Assembly (NCBI GenBank): GCA_964588285.1
Contig: CAZPNX010000001.1
Coordinates: forward strand, 70,954-134,953
Source: an uncultured bacterium
GTDB taxonomy: Bacteria; Edwardsbacteria; AC1; EtOH8
Direction of reading: 5' to 3'
Length of the DNA stretch: 64,000 nucleotides
The notes beneath the pieces were generated by a model. The model was not told the DNA's origin. It saw nothing but the letters and a program-made list of their open reading frames with translations, and made no database searches. Numbering within the stretch: the first letter of the stretch is position 1; each line of letters opens with the position of its first letter. Positions 1 to 9,989 of the stretch are shown one piece after another. The position numbers were made by a program, and so were the translations under genes.

Positions 1-689
1 AGGAAAAAATTTGGCTTATCGTAAAGAAGCTTCCGGCAGATCTCCAGCAGCTTGGGCACGTCCCGGTCGAACTTAAAGATTTTTCCCCCCGGCCCCCGGC
101 CGAAGGCCGGCGGGTCCATAATTATCCCCTGGTATCTGGCTCCGCGTCTGAACTCACGGGCGGCGAATTTTAGACAGTCCTCGACTATCCAGCGTACCGG
201 CTTGTCCGCCAGCCCCGAGAGAATCTGGTTCTCCCGGGCCCAGGCCACGGCCGGCCTGGAGGAATCGACATGGCAGACTTTGGCTCCGGCCCAAGCGCAG
301 GCCAAGGTGGCGCCTCCGGTATAGGCGAAAAGGTTAAGAACCTTGATGTCGGGTCCCAGCCTCAGGACCGTCTCCGTCAGCCATTGCCAGTTGGCCTGTT
401 GCTCCGGGAAGATTCCGGTGTGCTTGTAGGGGGCCAGCTTCAATATGAGCTTTAAACCTTTCCATCGGAAAATCCACGGCTCCGGCGGATCCTTTTTGAC
501 CAGCCATTCTCCGGCCTTCCGGCAGATGGAGTCGGCTCCGTCCCAGGCGGACCGGGGAAGGGAGCAGGGCCAGTCGGCCTGCGGCTCGGGCCGGTCCACC
601 GTGTATCCGGAAAAGCGCTCCAGTTTGCGACCCAGTCCCGAGTCCAAAAGCAGGTAGTCCGAATTCTCTTCGGGCATGATGTTCTTCAT
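1..689 (-). CDS. Class I SAM-dependent RNA methyltransferase (RlmI/RlmK-like), 5'-partial; runs off the window start
   Basis: Manual translation of the minus strand from the ATG at 689 gives MKNIMPEENSDYLLLDSG...LFAYTGGATLACA (SAM motif I) ...IIMDPPAF (DPPF motif IV). The frame has no stop before the window edge, which explains why it is missing from the ORF track. Confidence 0.7.
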   Translation of the reverse strand, partial: MKNIMPEENSDYLLLDSGLGRKLERFSGYTVDRPEPQADWPCSLPRSAWDGADSICRKAGEWLVKKDPPEPWIFRWKGLKLILKLAPYKHTGIFPEQQANWQWLTETVLRLGPDIKVLNLFAYTGGATLACAWAGAKVCHVDSSRPAVAWARENQILSGLADKPVRWIVEDCLKFAAREFRRGARYQGIIMDPPAFGRGPGGKIFKFDRDVPKLLEICRKLLYDKPNFF

Positions 690-767
690 CCTGGTTATGA
701 TACAACACGGCGCCGCCGAAGTCAATTTCGAATTGACTTTGTCCCATATTCTGCTATAATTGTCGCC

Positions 768-1652
768 ATGATCAAAAGCATGACCGGTTATGGACGGGGC
801 GAATCTTCCGAAGAAGGGCGCTTGGTATCCGTCGAAATTCGCTCGGTCAACGGGCGTTATGCCGAATACTCTGTCAGACTGCCGCGGACCCTGGCCTCAC
901 TGGAGCCCAGACTGAGGCGGCTATTGCAGCAGAGGATCGGAAGAGGGACGATCACCCTTTCGGTATCGCTGAGCCAGGAGGACAAGGCCGGCCTGCCCAG
1001 GGTGGATATGGAGGCCGCCCGGCACTATCGCGACCTCCTCAAGGGGCTTAAAAAGGAGCTAAAGCTCGCCGGCAAGGTGGATGTCCGAACCTTGGTCGGT
1101 TTTTCCGAGATCTTGGCCGCCCCCGAGCATCGGATGGATGAAACGCGGGCCTGGCAGATGATACACGGCCCATTGGAGCAGGCGCTTTCGGCCCTGGCCA
1201 AGATGCGCGCCAGGGAGGGGGAGAGGCTCCAGGCCGAGTTGGCCAAGAGATTGGCCAAGATCGAAAAGGGGCTATCGCTAATTGAAAAGTTGGCGCCGAA
1301 ACGGGCCATCGAGGCCAGAAGATCGTTGCAGGAAAGGATCGGCCGGGCGTTGTCGGCAGCGTCCCGGGACACGGAGCTGGCCCGGCGGTTGGCCCAGGAG
1401 ATAGCTTTGATGGCCGATCGGCTGGACGTTACCGAGGAATGCGTCCGTCTTAAAAGCCATCTCCAAGCTTTTCGCTCCGCCCTTAAACTTTCCAAGCCGG
1501 TGGGCAAACGGCTTGACTTTCTGTTGCAGGAGATGAACCGGGAGGCCAATACTATCAGCTCCAAAGCCAATCATTCCGGCATCGCCCAGGCGGCGGTGGG
1601 GCTCAAGGACGAGATCGAAAAAATCAGGGAACAGGTGCAGAACATCGAATAG
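768..1652 (+). CDS. yicC: YicC family stress-induced protein
   Basis: 294 aa. The N-terminal MIKSMTGYG matches the YicC_N signature and the C-terminal region matches DUF1732. A TTGACT-N16-TATAAT promoter lies upstream. Confidence 0.85.
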   Translation: MIKSMTGYGRGESSEEGRLVSVEIRSVNGRYAEYSVRLPRTLASLEPRLRRLLQQRIGRGTITLSVSLSQEDKAGLPRVDMEAARHYRDLLKGLKKELKLAGKVDVRTLVGFSEILAAPEHRMDETRAWQMIHGPLEQALSALAKMRAREGERLQAELAKRLAKIEKGLSLIEKLAPKRAIEARRSLQERIGRALSAASRDTELARRLAQEIALMADRLDVTEECVRLKSHLQAFRSALKLSKPVGKRLDFLLQEMNREANTISSKANHSGIAQAAVGLKDEIEKIREQVQNIE

Positions 1653-1726
1653 GGCGAAGTACGGGGAACAAATAACGTCGGACCGGCACAACGTATCCTA
1701 CGCCGTCGAACTTATCCAACCGAAAA

Positions 1727-3265
1727 GTGAAGTTTAACAGGAGAACCAAAATGCGGATCATGGCAATCATCCTTGCCGCAGCCCTGACGGCGGCACCGGT
1801 TCTGGGCCAGGCTGCGGTCAGCACCAAGCTGGAGGCCACCCTCAGCATGTCCTCGCCGGATCTAAACCTTTATTTCTTGGATCCGGGATTTCTGGATCTC
1901 AATCAAAGCCACGGCAGCGTCGGCATGATGAACAACCCGGCCGGTCTGGGCCGCACCAAGATACTGGATCTGTTCCTGGCCGGCAGTCTGTCCAAGAGCT
2001 ATCAGACCGACATGGAGCTCAAGCTGACCAAGGCCACCGAGGTCACCGGCGAGATCGTTTTGCCGGCCTCCCTGAGCCTCAAGGATCTGGGAGGACTGGA
2101 TTATGCCGGGGTGGCCGGCAAAGCCGGCCCCTTCGGCATAGGCGTCTGCCTGACCCGCGACTTCGGCTTCGAGGCCGGCATCGATCAGGGCGAGGTGGCC
2201 GTCACCCAGAGCTTCCAATACAGCTATCCCTATGTCATTCCGCAGGGGACCATGCTGGGAGGGGTGCCGCTTCCCGACAGCGTCCCCATCACCTGGACGG
2301 TCTCCGGCACCGGCACCATCAGGATGAACAGCGCCGGAACCGCCAATTTCATGAACCGCCCGATTTTCCTGGGTTTGGGCACTAAGACCGGGCCATTCCT
2401 CTGGGGGATAGGCGTCAAACAGACCAGGATCGAGGCGGTGGCCCAGATGAACATCAACTTCACCGAGCAGATCGACAGCCTGCGCGGCACCATCACCGGA
2501 ACCTCGAACAACATCCGCCTGGACAGCATCAGGGTCACCACCCCGTTCGATGACTCCATTTTCTATGACCGCTTCACCAGCCAGCTTTCGGGAAACAAGT
2601 ACAGCATAGTGTTGGGGGCCAACATGGAAATCCCCATATTGAAGTTGGCCATGTCTCTGGAACAGAGTCTGCCCTATAAGCTGGAGGGATCCTATTACAA
2701 CCGGGCCGGCCTGCCCTACGGCCAGCCGCAGCTTTTGGGAGTCGATCTGTCGGCCATGGCCTTCAACCCGGCCGATACCTCCATCCACGGTTCGGCCCTA
2801 TTGAATGTAGGCGGGGTGGAGTACAACCGCAAATCAGCCTCGGATACCGGACAGATAGAGATGCCGGGAGTGACCAGCCTGCGGGCTTCGCTGGGGCTCA
2901 AGTTCTGGGGTTTTAGGTTGGGAATCAACGGCGGCATGGACATGCTGGATAAGAAATGGCCAAACCTGGGGACGGCCTATGCCTCGGCCGGCACCTCGCT
3001 CAACATCAAGGTGGTCAACCTCAGGCTGGGGCTGGCCGGGCGCTGGCCCTACCTGGCCCTGGAGGAGAACAAGCTTTACACAACCCCGCCCACCGTCCTT
3101 TTCGGCACCGGAGTGGGCATACCGCTGCCGTTCGGCGAGATCATGGGCTCGGCCCGCATCAATCTGACCAACGGCCTTTTGAAAGTTTCCAGCACCGAGA
3201 ATCTGAAATCCTTCAACCCGCTGGAAACGGTGGCTCTGGGGGCCGGCCTGCGGCTGTCGTTTTAA
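1727..3265 (+). CDS. Outer-membrane beta-barrel protein (hypothetical)
   Basis: Signal peptide MRIMAIILAAALTAAPVLGQAA, alternating beta-strand-like composition, and a C-terminal ...LGAGLRLSF with terminal Phe typical of OMPs. Confidence 0.6.
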   Translation: MKFNRRTKMRIMAIILAAALTAAPVLGQAAVSTKLEATLSMSSPDLNLYFLDPGFLDLNQSHGSVGMMNNPAGLGRTKILDLFLAGSLSKSYQTDMELKLTKATEVTGEIVLPASLSLKDLGGLDYAGVAGKAGPFGIGVCLTRDFGFEAGIDQGEVAVTQSFQYSYPYVIPQGTMLGGVPLPDSVPITWTVSGTGTIRMNSAGTANFMNRPIFLGLGTKTGPFLWGIGVKQTRIEAVAQMNINFTEQIDSLRGTITGTSNNIRLDSIRVTTPFDDSIFYDRFTSQLSGNKYSIVLGANMEIPILKLAMSLEQSLPYKLEGSYYNRAGLPYGQPQLLGVDLSAMAFNPADTSIHGSALLNVGGVEYNRKSASDTGQIEMPGVTSLRASLGLKFWGFRLGINGGMDMLDKKWPNLGTAYASAGTSLNIKVVNLRLGLAGRWPYLALEENKLYTTPPTVLFGTGVGIPLPFGEIMGSARINLTNGLLKVSSTENLKSFNPLETVALGAGLRLSF

Positions 3266-3334
3266 TCCGGAGCCTATGTGTCATCCTCGTGCTGGTCAGG
3301 CTGAAAAGGATGACGCAGGCGCCTTAGAGGAGAT

Positions 3335-4102
3335 ATGTCGATGACTCGGAGATCTATGGTCATAGCCGTGGCCCTGGCCGCATTTACGTTAAGCGCTTTC
3401 GCCCAGACGGCAAAACCGATACGGAAGGCCAAGGCCAATAAACCGAAGACCGTCAAGGTCGAGGAACAGCTCTCCGTCATACCGGCCAAGGCTGTCTGTC
3501 CTGTGACCAAGGACACTTGGATCTACGCTTTCCGTCCCGATTCCAATTACGGAGGGGGCTACGGCTGGAAGGACCGCACCGATCCCACCAAGGATCTGAC
3601 CGTGCCCAAGATGTTCTTGGGCTTTGGCGGCACCGACAAAAAGATGGTGCTGCTGGATTTCGATGTCTCCAGGCTGCCCAAGGGGGTTTCTCCCAAGCGG
3701 GCGGTGGTCAGATTATACAACGATTTCGCCGGCTCGGCGGCCGGAACCCAAGTGGCAGCTAAGATGATACTCTCGGCTTGGGAGGAGAACAAGGTCACCT
3801 GGCGCACCGCACCAAAGCTGGACACGGCCGCAGCCTCGGTCCTCACCCTGCGCGGCGGCATCACCTACGGCCAGCCGGGGGTTTGGTACGAGTGGGACGT
3901 GTCCGGCATAATTTCTGCCTGGATGGTGTCGAAGAAGCCCTGCCACGGCATCGCCCTGGACCCGGTGGGCGACTATGGGGTGGATCGCGACTTCGTCTGC
4001 AAGGAGTATAAGGACAAGGCCCAGTTCGCGCCGATGTTGGAGGTGGAGTACGACACTTCTTCGGTCAGCACCCAGCCTGCCAAGGAGTCCAAAATCAAAT
4101 AA
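3335..4102 (+). CDS. Secreted DNRLRE-domain protein (hypothetical)
   Basis: Signal peptide. Motifs VLLDFDVSRLPKG, ...SAWEENKVTWRTAP... and WYEWDVSGIISAW fit the DNRLRE domain pattern. Confidence 0.55.
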   Translation: MSMTRRSMVIAVALAAFTLSAFAQTAKPIRKAKANKPKTVKVEEQLSVIPAKAVCPVTKDTWIYAFRPDSNYGGGYGWKDRTDPTKDLTVPKMFLGFGGTDKKMVLLDFDVSRLPKGVSPKRAVVRLYNDFAGSAAGTQVAAKMILSAWEENKVTWRTAPKLDTAAASVLTLRGGITYGQPGVWYEWDVSGIISAWMVSKKPCHGIALDPVGDYGVDRDFVCKEYKDKAQFAPMLEVEYDTSSVSTQPAKESKIK

Positions 4103-4116
4103 GGGATGCCGCCCGG

Positions 4117-4155
4117 TTACAGAAGGGGACGGAGGAGATTCGTCCCCTTCTGTAA
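4117..4155 (+). terminator. GC-rich hairpin with a perfect 15-bp stem after the DNRLRE gene
   Basis: ttacagaaggggacg-gaggagatt-cgtccccttctgtaa. It is followed by a TTGACA-N17-TTATAT promoter-like sequence ahead of gmk. Confidence 0.45.
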
Positions 4156-4229
4156 TGTCGAGCGCCGGCCGGGTTCGCTTGACAGTTCATTCTCTCATAT
4201 GTTATATTAAAAATCGAACGAAGAACGCC

Positions 4230-4844
4230 ATGATATCACCAACCCGCCGGGGATTTCCCATCATCCTGACCGCCCCCTCTGGGGCCGGTAAAACGACCCT
4301 TTCCCGGGCGGTCATCGGCCTTCACCCGGAGATCCACTATTCCATTTCGGTCACCTCGCGGCCGCCGCGCTCCAACGAGCAGGACGGGGTGGATTATCAT
4401 TTCGTCTCCGTGGACGAGTTCGAAAGGATGCTGGAGGCCGGCGAGCTCATCGAGTGGGCCATGGTCCACGACAACTATTACGGCACGCCCCGAAAGCACA
4501 TCCAGCAAAAGCTGGAGGCCGGCGTGGACGTCATCATGGACATCGACACCGTGGGCGCCCGGGCCATCAAAAAACTCTATCCCCAGGCGGCCAGCATCTT
4601 CGTTCTGCCCCCGTCATTGGAAGAGCTGGCCAAAAGGCTGGTGGGCCGGGCCACCGACAGCGAGGAGGTCATCAAGAAGCGGCTGAACCGGGCCAAACTG
4701 GAGATGGCCGAGATCGGCGATTTCGAATATTTCATCATCAACGACAGCTTCGAGGCGGCGGTACGACAGGTGGTTTCCATCATCGAGGCCGAGCGCTGCC
4801 GGCTGGCCCGCTATGACCAGCGCCAGGTGACCGACATCAGATAA
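4230..4844 (+). CDS. gmk: Guanylate kinase
   Basis: P-loop TAPSGAGKTTL plus strong overall guanylate kinase similarity. The upstream in-frame extension from 3975 is Pro/Arg-rich junk, so the ATG at 4230 is chosen. Confidence 0.9.
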   Translation: MISPTRRGFPIILTAPSGAGKTTLSRAVIGLHPEIHYSISVTSRPPRSNEQDGVDYHFVSVDEFERMLEAGELIEWAMVHDNYYGTPRKHIQQKLEAGVDVIMDIDTVGARAIKKLYPQAASIFVLPPSLEELAKRLVGRATDSEEVIKKRLNRAKLEMAEIGDFEYFIINDSFEAAVRQVVSIIEAERCRLARYDQRQVTDIR

Positions 4845-4903
4845 ATCCCAAATTCAAAATCACAGGGGGCAAAGCGTATGGATCCAAACCGTAGGAGGCC
4901 GTC

Positions 4904-5098
4904 ATGAACTTCATACCCATCGAACAGTTCAGCGACGGCATGGAGAACAAGTACATGGCGGTGCTGGTGGCCGCCAGGGAGGCTCGCCGTCTCAACGAGA
5001 TGAGACGTCTGGGCCGGGCCGACATCAACCTCAAGCCGATCCAGATTGCTTTGGAAAGGCTCCGCGACAAAAAAGTGGTCTTCAGGGATAATGACTGA
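4904..5098 (+). CDS. rpoZ: DNA-directed RNA polymerase subunit omega
   Basis: 64 aa, MNFIPIEQFSDGMENKYMAVLVAAREARRL..., in the conserved gmk-rpoZ arrangement. Confidence 0.85.
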   Translation: MNFIPIEQFSDGMENKYMAVLVAAREARRLNEMRRLGRADINLKPIQIALERLRDKKVVFRDND

Positions 5099-6365
5099 CC
5101 GGCCAAAATCGCCCTCACTCCGTTTTGGGTCGGCTGACCGAAAAGATCAGGAACGCCAAGCCCATATCCCTGACGACAGGCCAACGGTTCTTTTGGGCGT
5201 CACCGGCAGCATTGCCGCCTACAAGGCCCTAGACTTGGCCAGCCGCCTCAGGCAGCAGGGCATCAACGTGGTGGCGGCCATGACCGAGGCCGCCTGCCGC
5301 TTGGTGGGCCCGGCCTCGTTTGAGTCCATCACCCAAAACCCTGTGGCCCGGGATCTCTTTCCCTCGTCCCGTCCCCAAACCATAGAACACATCGCTTTGG
5401 CCGAGCTGGCCGATGTGGTGGCCGTGGTCCCGGCCACCGCCAATTTTTTGGCCAAGGCGGCCCACGGCCTGGCCGACGACCTTTTGACCGCGGTTGTCCT
5501 GGCCTCCAAAGCCCCGAAGTTGGCGGCCCCGGCCATGAACTCGGGCATGTGGGATAATCCGGCGGTCCGGGAGAACCTGGAAAATCTGAAGTCAAAGGGG
5601 TGGTCTGTCATCGATCCCGAGGAGGGATTTCTGGCCTGCGGGGCCAAAGGCGCCGGCCGGCTGGCCGGGATCGAAAAGATCGAGCAGGCCGTCATGAAAC
5701 TGTTGGGGCGCGGCCGGAGTCTGGCCGGAATACCGGTTCTCATCACCGCCGGCCGGACAGAAGAGCCCTGGGATGCGGTGCGTTTTCTCTCCAACCGTTC
5801 CTCTGGCCGCATGGGATTCGCCCTGGCCCGGGCCGCCCGAAACCAAGGAGCCGTGGTCACCTTGATAGCCGGTCCGGCCGACCTCCCGCCTCCGGCGGTT
5901 GATTTGTTGATCCGGGTGCGCACCGCCGCCGAGATGCAGCGAGCGGTGATGAGGGAGTTGCCCAAAGCAAAGGCGCTCATTATGGCGGCCGCAGTGGCCG
6001 ATTACCGGCCGCGGTTTATCCGAAATAAAAAGATAAAACGATCCGACAACAAGATCAGGCTGGAATTGACGCCCAATCCGGACATCGTGGCCGAGGCCGT
6101 GCAAAAGAAGAGAATAGGAACGGCCATCGTCGGTTTTGCTTTGGAGACCGGCCACCTGAGAGCCAACGCCCTAAAAAAGCTAAGGGCCAAAAGGCTGGAC
6201 ATGATCGTGGCCAACAGCGCTTCGGCCTTGGGCAGCACCGTTAACCAGGGATGGCTTTTATTCTCCGACGGCCGTAGGGTACGTCTGCCCCAGACCGGAA
6301 AGGATGACTTCGCCCGGCTGATAGTGGATCAGTTGGCCATGTTGCTTAAGGAAGTCGATGGTTAG
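5091..6365 (+). CDS. coaBC: Bifunctional phosphopantothenoylcysteine decarboxylase / phosphopantothenate-cysteine ligase
   Basis: Flavoprotein N-domain motif LLGVTGSIAAYKA and a CoaB ligase C-domain. The ATG at 5091 overlaps the rpoZ stop by 8 nt. Confidence 0.9.
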   Translation: MTDRPKSPSLRFGSADRKDQERQAHIPDDRPTVLLGVTGSIAAYKALDLASRLRQQGINVVAAMTEAACRLVGPASFESITQNPVARDLFPSSRPQTIEHIALAELADVVAVVPATANFLAKAAHGLADDLLTAVVLASKAPKLAAPAMNSGMWDNPAVRENLENLKSKGWSVIDPEEGFLACGAKGAGRLAGIEKIEQAVMKLLGRGRSLAGIPVLITAGRTEEPWDAVRFLSNRSSGRMGFALARAARNQGAVVTLIAGPADLPPPAVDLLIRVRTAAEMQRAVMRELPKAKALIMAAAVADYRPRFIRNKKIKRSDNKIRLELTPNPDIVAEAVQKKRIGTAIVGFALETGHLRANALKKLRAKRLDMIVANSASALGSTVNQGWLLFSDGRRVRLPQTGKDDFARLIVDQLAMLLKEVDG

Positions 6366-7014
6366 AATCGACATCAGACAGGAGGCGGCCCGCTACCTGG
6401 CCCAGCAAAGGGAATTGGGCGAAACCGAGTTTGACCTCAGGCTGACACCGCTCCGAACGCTGCCAAACCTCGACCAATACCGCCTTGAGATTTCGTCCTG
6501 CCGGAAATGCCCGTTATGGAAGACCAGGACCAACTTTGTGTTTGGGGATGGGGCGGCTGACGCCAAACTGGTGTTTGTGGGCGAGGCTCCGGGCCAAGAC
6601 GAGGATCTGCAGGGTAAGCCGTTTGTGGGCGCCGCCGGCCAGCTTCTGACCAAGATCATCGAGGCTATCAACCTAAAACGATCTCAAGTTTACATCTGCA
6701 ACATCCTAAAATGCCGGCCGCCGGGCAACCGCAATCCCCTACCCGAGGAGATCCGCCAGTGCGAGCCGCACCTGCGCACACAATTGGAGATCATCAAACC
6801 GAAAGTCATCTGCGCCCTGGGCACCTTCGCCTCCCAGACCCTGCTGCAGACCGCAGTTCCCATATCCAAGCTCCGGGGCCGGATCCACTATTACCGAAAC
6901 ATCAAGCTGGTGCCCACCTATCATCCGGCCGCTCTGCTGCGCAATCCGGGCTGGAAGCGCCCTACTTGGGAGGACGTCCAGCTGGTGAGAAAAATTTATG
7001 ACGGAGAGGCCTGA
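6358..7014 (+). CDS. udg: Uracil-DNA glycosylase, family 4
   Basis: CRKCPLW...GEAPGQDED...GKPFVGAAGQLL...HPAALLR motifs of family-4 UDG. Confidence 0.85.
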   Translation: MVRIDIRQEAARYLAQQRELGETEFDLRLTPLRTLPNLDQYRLEISSCRKCPLWKTRTNFVFGDGAADAKLVFVGEAPGQDEDLQGKPFVGAAGQLLTKIIEAINLKRSQVYICNILKCRPPGNRNPLPEEIRQCEPHLRTQLEIIKPKVICALGTFASQTLLQTAVPISKLRGRIHYYRNIKLVPTYHPAALLRNPGWKRPTWEDVQLVRKIYDGEA

Positions 7015-8399
7015 TGCCTGACATCGCCCCCATAGTGGACCGGGTGCCGCCCCAGGCGGCCGAGGCCGAGATGGCGGTCCTGGGATCCATGCTTTTGTCC
7101 CAGGAGGCGGTGGGCCGGGCCATCGAGATCATCGGCGAGGAAGAAAGTTTCTATTCATCGGGCCACCGCAAGATCTACCGGGCCTGCATCAACCTTTACG
7201 AGAGGAACCAGGCGGTGGACCTGGTGACCGTGGCCGAGGAGCTGCGCCGCCTCAAATGGCTGGAAGACGCCGGAGGTTCGGTCTATCTCACCCGGCTGGC
7301 CGAGAGCGTGGCCACCTCGGCCAACATCGACTACTATGCCCGGATAGTGCTGGAGAAGGCGGTGCTCCGCCGCCTGATCGCCGCCGCCACCCAGATCGTT
7401 TCCTCCAGCTACGACGCTGCCGAAAACCCCGAGGAGCTTTTGGACCGGGCCGAGCAGATGATCTTCTCCATCAAGGAGCGAAGGCTGCGGCGGCAGCTGC
7501 TGCCTCTGAAGGCCTTTATCCACGACAGCTTCGAGCTGGTGGAGAAGCTCTACCGGGAAAAGAGGCACATCACCGGGGTGGAGACCGGATTCACCGACCT
7601 GGACCGGATGACCTCCGGACTGCAGCCCAGCGATCTGGTGATCATCGGGGCCAGGCCATCGGTGGGCAAGACCGCTTTTGCCCTGAACGTCGCCCAGCAC
7701 GCCGCCATCGCCAATCAGGTGCCGGTGGCCATCTTCAGCCTGGAGATGTCCAAGGAGCAGCTGGTGCTGCGGATGCTCTGCTCCGAGGCTCGGGTCTCCA
7801 GCCACAAGGTGCGCAGCGGCTACATCTCCCAGAGCGAATGGCCGGCCTTGGTCAGCGCCGCCGGCATCCTGCACAGCGCCCCCATGTTCGTCGACGACAG
7901 CGCCGCCCTGACCCCGCTGGAGATCAGGGCCAAGGCCCGCCGCCTCAAGGCCGAGGTGGACCTGGGACTGGTAATCGTCGATTACCTCCAGCTGATGCGG
8001 GCCTCGGGCCGCTCCGAAAACCGCCAGCAGGAAATCTCGGAGATCTCCCGCAGCCTCAAGGCCCTGGCCAAGGAGCTCAATGTGCCGGTGATCGCCCTCT
8101 CCCAGCTGTCGCGTATCTCGGTGCAGCGGGGGCAGGATTCCCGGCCGATACTCTCAGACCTGCGGGAGTCCGGGGCCATCGAGCAGGACGCCGACGTCGT
8201 GCTCTTTCTCCACCGCGATCTGGGTGCCCACAAGGGCCAGGACGGGTCGGCCCAAAGCCAGTCATTGTTGGATACCGAGACCGCCGAGCTGATTGTGGCC
8301 AAGCAGCGCAACGGCCCGGTGGGCAAATTCAATCTGGTATTCTTCAAGGACTACACCCGATTTGAGAATCTGGAGACCAGGGCCGAGCCCGAGCCGTAA
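7014..8399 (+). CDS. dnaB: Replicative DNA helicase
   Basis: 461 aa with Walker A GARPSVGKTAF, the DnaB N-terminal domain and the RecA-like core. Its start overlaps the udg stop (TGATG). Confidence 0.95.
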   Translation: MPDIAPIVDRVPPQAAEAEMAVLGSMLLSQEAVGRAIEIIGEEESFYSSGHRKIYRACINLYERNQAVDLVTVAEELRRLKWLEDAGGSVYLTRLAESVATSANIDYYARIVLEKAVLRRLIAAATQIVSSSYDAAENPEELLDRAEQMIFSIKERRLRRQLLPLKAFIHDSFELVEKLYREKRHITGVETGFTDLDRMTSGLQPSDLVIIGARPSVGKTAFALNVAQHAAIANQVPVAIFSLEMSKEQLVLRMLCSEARVSSHKVRSGYISQSEWPALVSAAGILHSAPMFVDDSAALTPLEIRAKARRLKAEVDLGLVIVDYLQLMRASGRSENRQQEISEISRSLKALAKELNVPVIALSQLSRISVQRGQDSRPILSDLRESGAIEQDADVVLFLHRDLGAHKGQDGSAQSQSLLDTETAELIVAKQRNGPVGKFNLVFFKDYTRFENLETRAEPEP

Positions 8400-8465
8400 T
8401 TTCTTTTTACGTTGGGGCGCAGCGAAAAACCATGATGCCCCGGCGTCGCCTCCGCCTGATGCCCA

Positions 8466-9350
8466 ATGGCCGTCTCCCAATATTTTAACAGGGTTGGCAG
8501 AGTGGCTTTTTTCGCCGATGGCGACAATAAACTCAGCATCTCCGCGGTGAGTAAGGAAAGCAAGCTGAGAAACAAAGAAACTTCGCATCCGGTTGCCCTG
8601 GGCCGGGCCGTCATTACTGGATTTCAGCAATGGGGTTCGGCCTTCATTCTATTGAGCAGGATCGTCCTGTCGCTGCGGTTCTTCTTCCGCCAGTTCGACC
8701 AGGCGGTTATGCAGATGATGGCCATGGGCGTCCACTCCCTGCCGGTGGTGGTTTTTTCGGCCGTGTTCACCGGGATGGTGGCCGCGGTCCAGGCCGCCTA
8801 CCAAATGCAGGGCCTGGTGCCGCCCATCTGGCTGGGCACCGGCATCTGCCGGGCGGTGCTTATCGAACTGGGCCCGGTGCTGACCGCCTTGGTAGTGGCC
8901 GGACGGGTGGGCTCGGGCATCGCCGCCGAACTGGGGACCATGAAGGTCACCGAGCAGATAGACGCCCTGGAGACCATGGCCATCGATCCGGTGGAGCACC
9001 TGGTGATGCCGCGCTTCGTGGCTGGGGCGGTGATGTCGCCGGTGCTGACCGTCTTCGCCAACTTAATTGCCCTAATAGGCGGCTGGCTGGTGGCGGTGCT
9101 GTCGGTGGGCATCACCACCCAGGTCTACCTCGACGGGCTGCGCTTCCACTTCCACACCCGGGACCTGATGGGCGGCATCGTCAAGTCGGTCTTCTTCGGC
9201 ATCATCATCGCCACCTCGGGCTGCTTCCACGGGTTTGCCGCCGAAGGCGGGGCGGCCGGGGTGGGGCGGGCGGCCACCAAGGCGGTGGTGGCGGCGGCGG
9301 TGATGATACTGATATTCGACTACATCGTCTCGGCCTGGATATTCAGATAA
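8466..9350 (+). CDS. mlaE: MlaE-family ABC transporter permease
   Basis: Multi-TM protein with the conserved MlaE/YrbE core (..GVHSLPVV..FTGMV..Q.AYQ....). Confidence 0.85.
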   Translation: MAVSQYFNRVGRVAFFADGDNKLSISAVSKESKLRNKETSHPVALGRAVITGFQQWGSAFILLSRIVLSLRFFFRQFDQAVMQMMAMGVHSLPVVVFSAVFTGMVAAVQAAYQMQGLVPPIWLGTGICRAVLIELGPVLTALVVAGRVGSGIAAELGTMKVTEQIDALETMAIDPVEHLVMPRFVAGAVMSPVLTVFANLIALIGGWLVAVLSVGITTQVYLDGLRFHFHTRDLMGGIVKSVFFGIIIATSGCFHGFAAEGGAAGVGRAATKAVVAAAVMILIFDYIVSAWIFR

Positions 9351-9356
9351 TGCATT

Positions 9357-9989
9357 TTGGAATTCTTAGCTATGGATAAGTTCGCCCTCTCCGCAGGACT
9401 AATAGGCGCGGTCGTTTTCCTGCTGGGCATGGCGCTGCTGGTCTTCGCCGTGGTTCGGACCTGGAAGAGGAAGATGAGGCTTAACGGACTGATGTTTTCG
9501 ATATTCATGTTTCTCCTTTTCACGGCTCTCGGCGCCGCCTGCGCCTTCCTTTCCATGTTCGTCCAGACCTTCCACCGGCTGACCTACGAGAAGCCGGTGG
9601 GGGTGGTCACCGCTGCGGGAGCCGAGGGTGTCATCGACATTCGCTTCGAGGATGCGGCCACGGGCAAACGCCACGTCTTCGAGCTGGCCGGAGACCAGTG
9701 GATGGCTGAGGGCTATATCCTAAGGTGGAAGCCGTTTTTGCGGTTTCTGGGGGCCGGCATCTATTACAAGCTCACCCGGTTCTCCGGCCGCTGGGAAAGT
9801 CCGGACAGCACCCGGATAACCAACTACCGAGTGGCCGAGGAGCCAGGATACTGGAAATTCCTCATGAAACGGGCCAAGACGTTTCCCTTAGTGGATGCGG
9901 TCTACGGCATCGGCGTCTTCCAATACCCGGCCGGAAAGCCGTTCGACCTCTACATTAACGATACCGGCTTCATCGTCAAACAGCGATGA
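9357..9989 (+). CDS. Two-TM membrane protein of unknown function sitting inside the Mla-like operon
   Basis: Two N-terminal hydrophobic helices followed by a ~130-aa soluble domain. It is translationally coupled on both sides (6 nt after the mlaE stop; ATGA overlap with mlaF). No MCE signature is recognisable. Confidence 0.6.
   Translation: MEFLAMDKFALSAGLIGAVVFLLGMALLVFAVVRTWKRKMRLNGLMFSIFMFLLFTALGAACAFLSMFVQTFHRLTYEKPVGVVTAAGAEGVIDIRFEDAATGKRHVFELAGDQWMAEGYILRWKPFLRFLGAGIYYKLTRFSGRWESPDSTRITNYRVAEEPGYWKFLMKRAKTFPLVDAVYGIGVFQYPAGKPFDLYINDTGFIVKQR

Noticed and set aside
3975-4229. N-terminal extension of gmk from 3975
   Set aside because: The extension overlaps the upstream gene and hairpin and is Arg/Ser/Pro-rich. 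The ATG at 4230 precedes the conserved GK N-terminus and follows a promoter-like TTGACA-N17-TTATAT.
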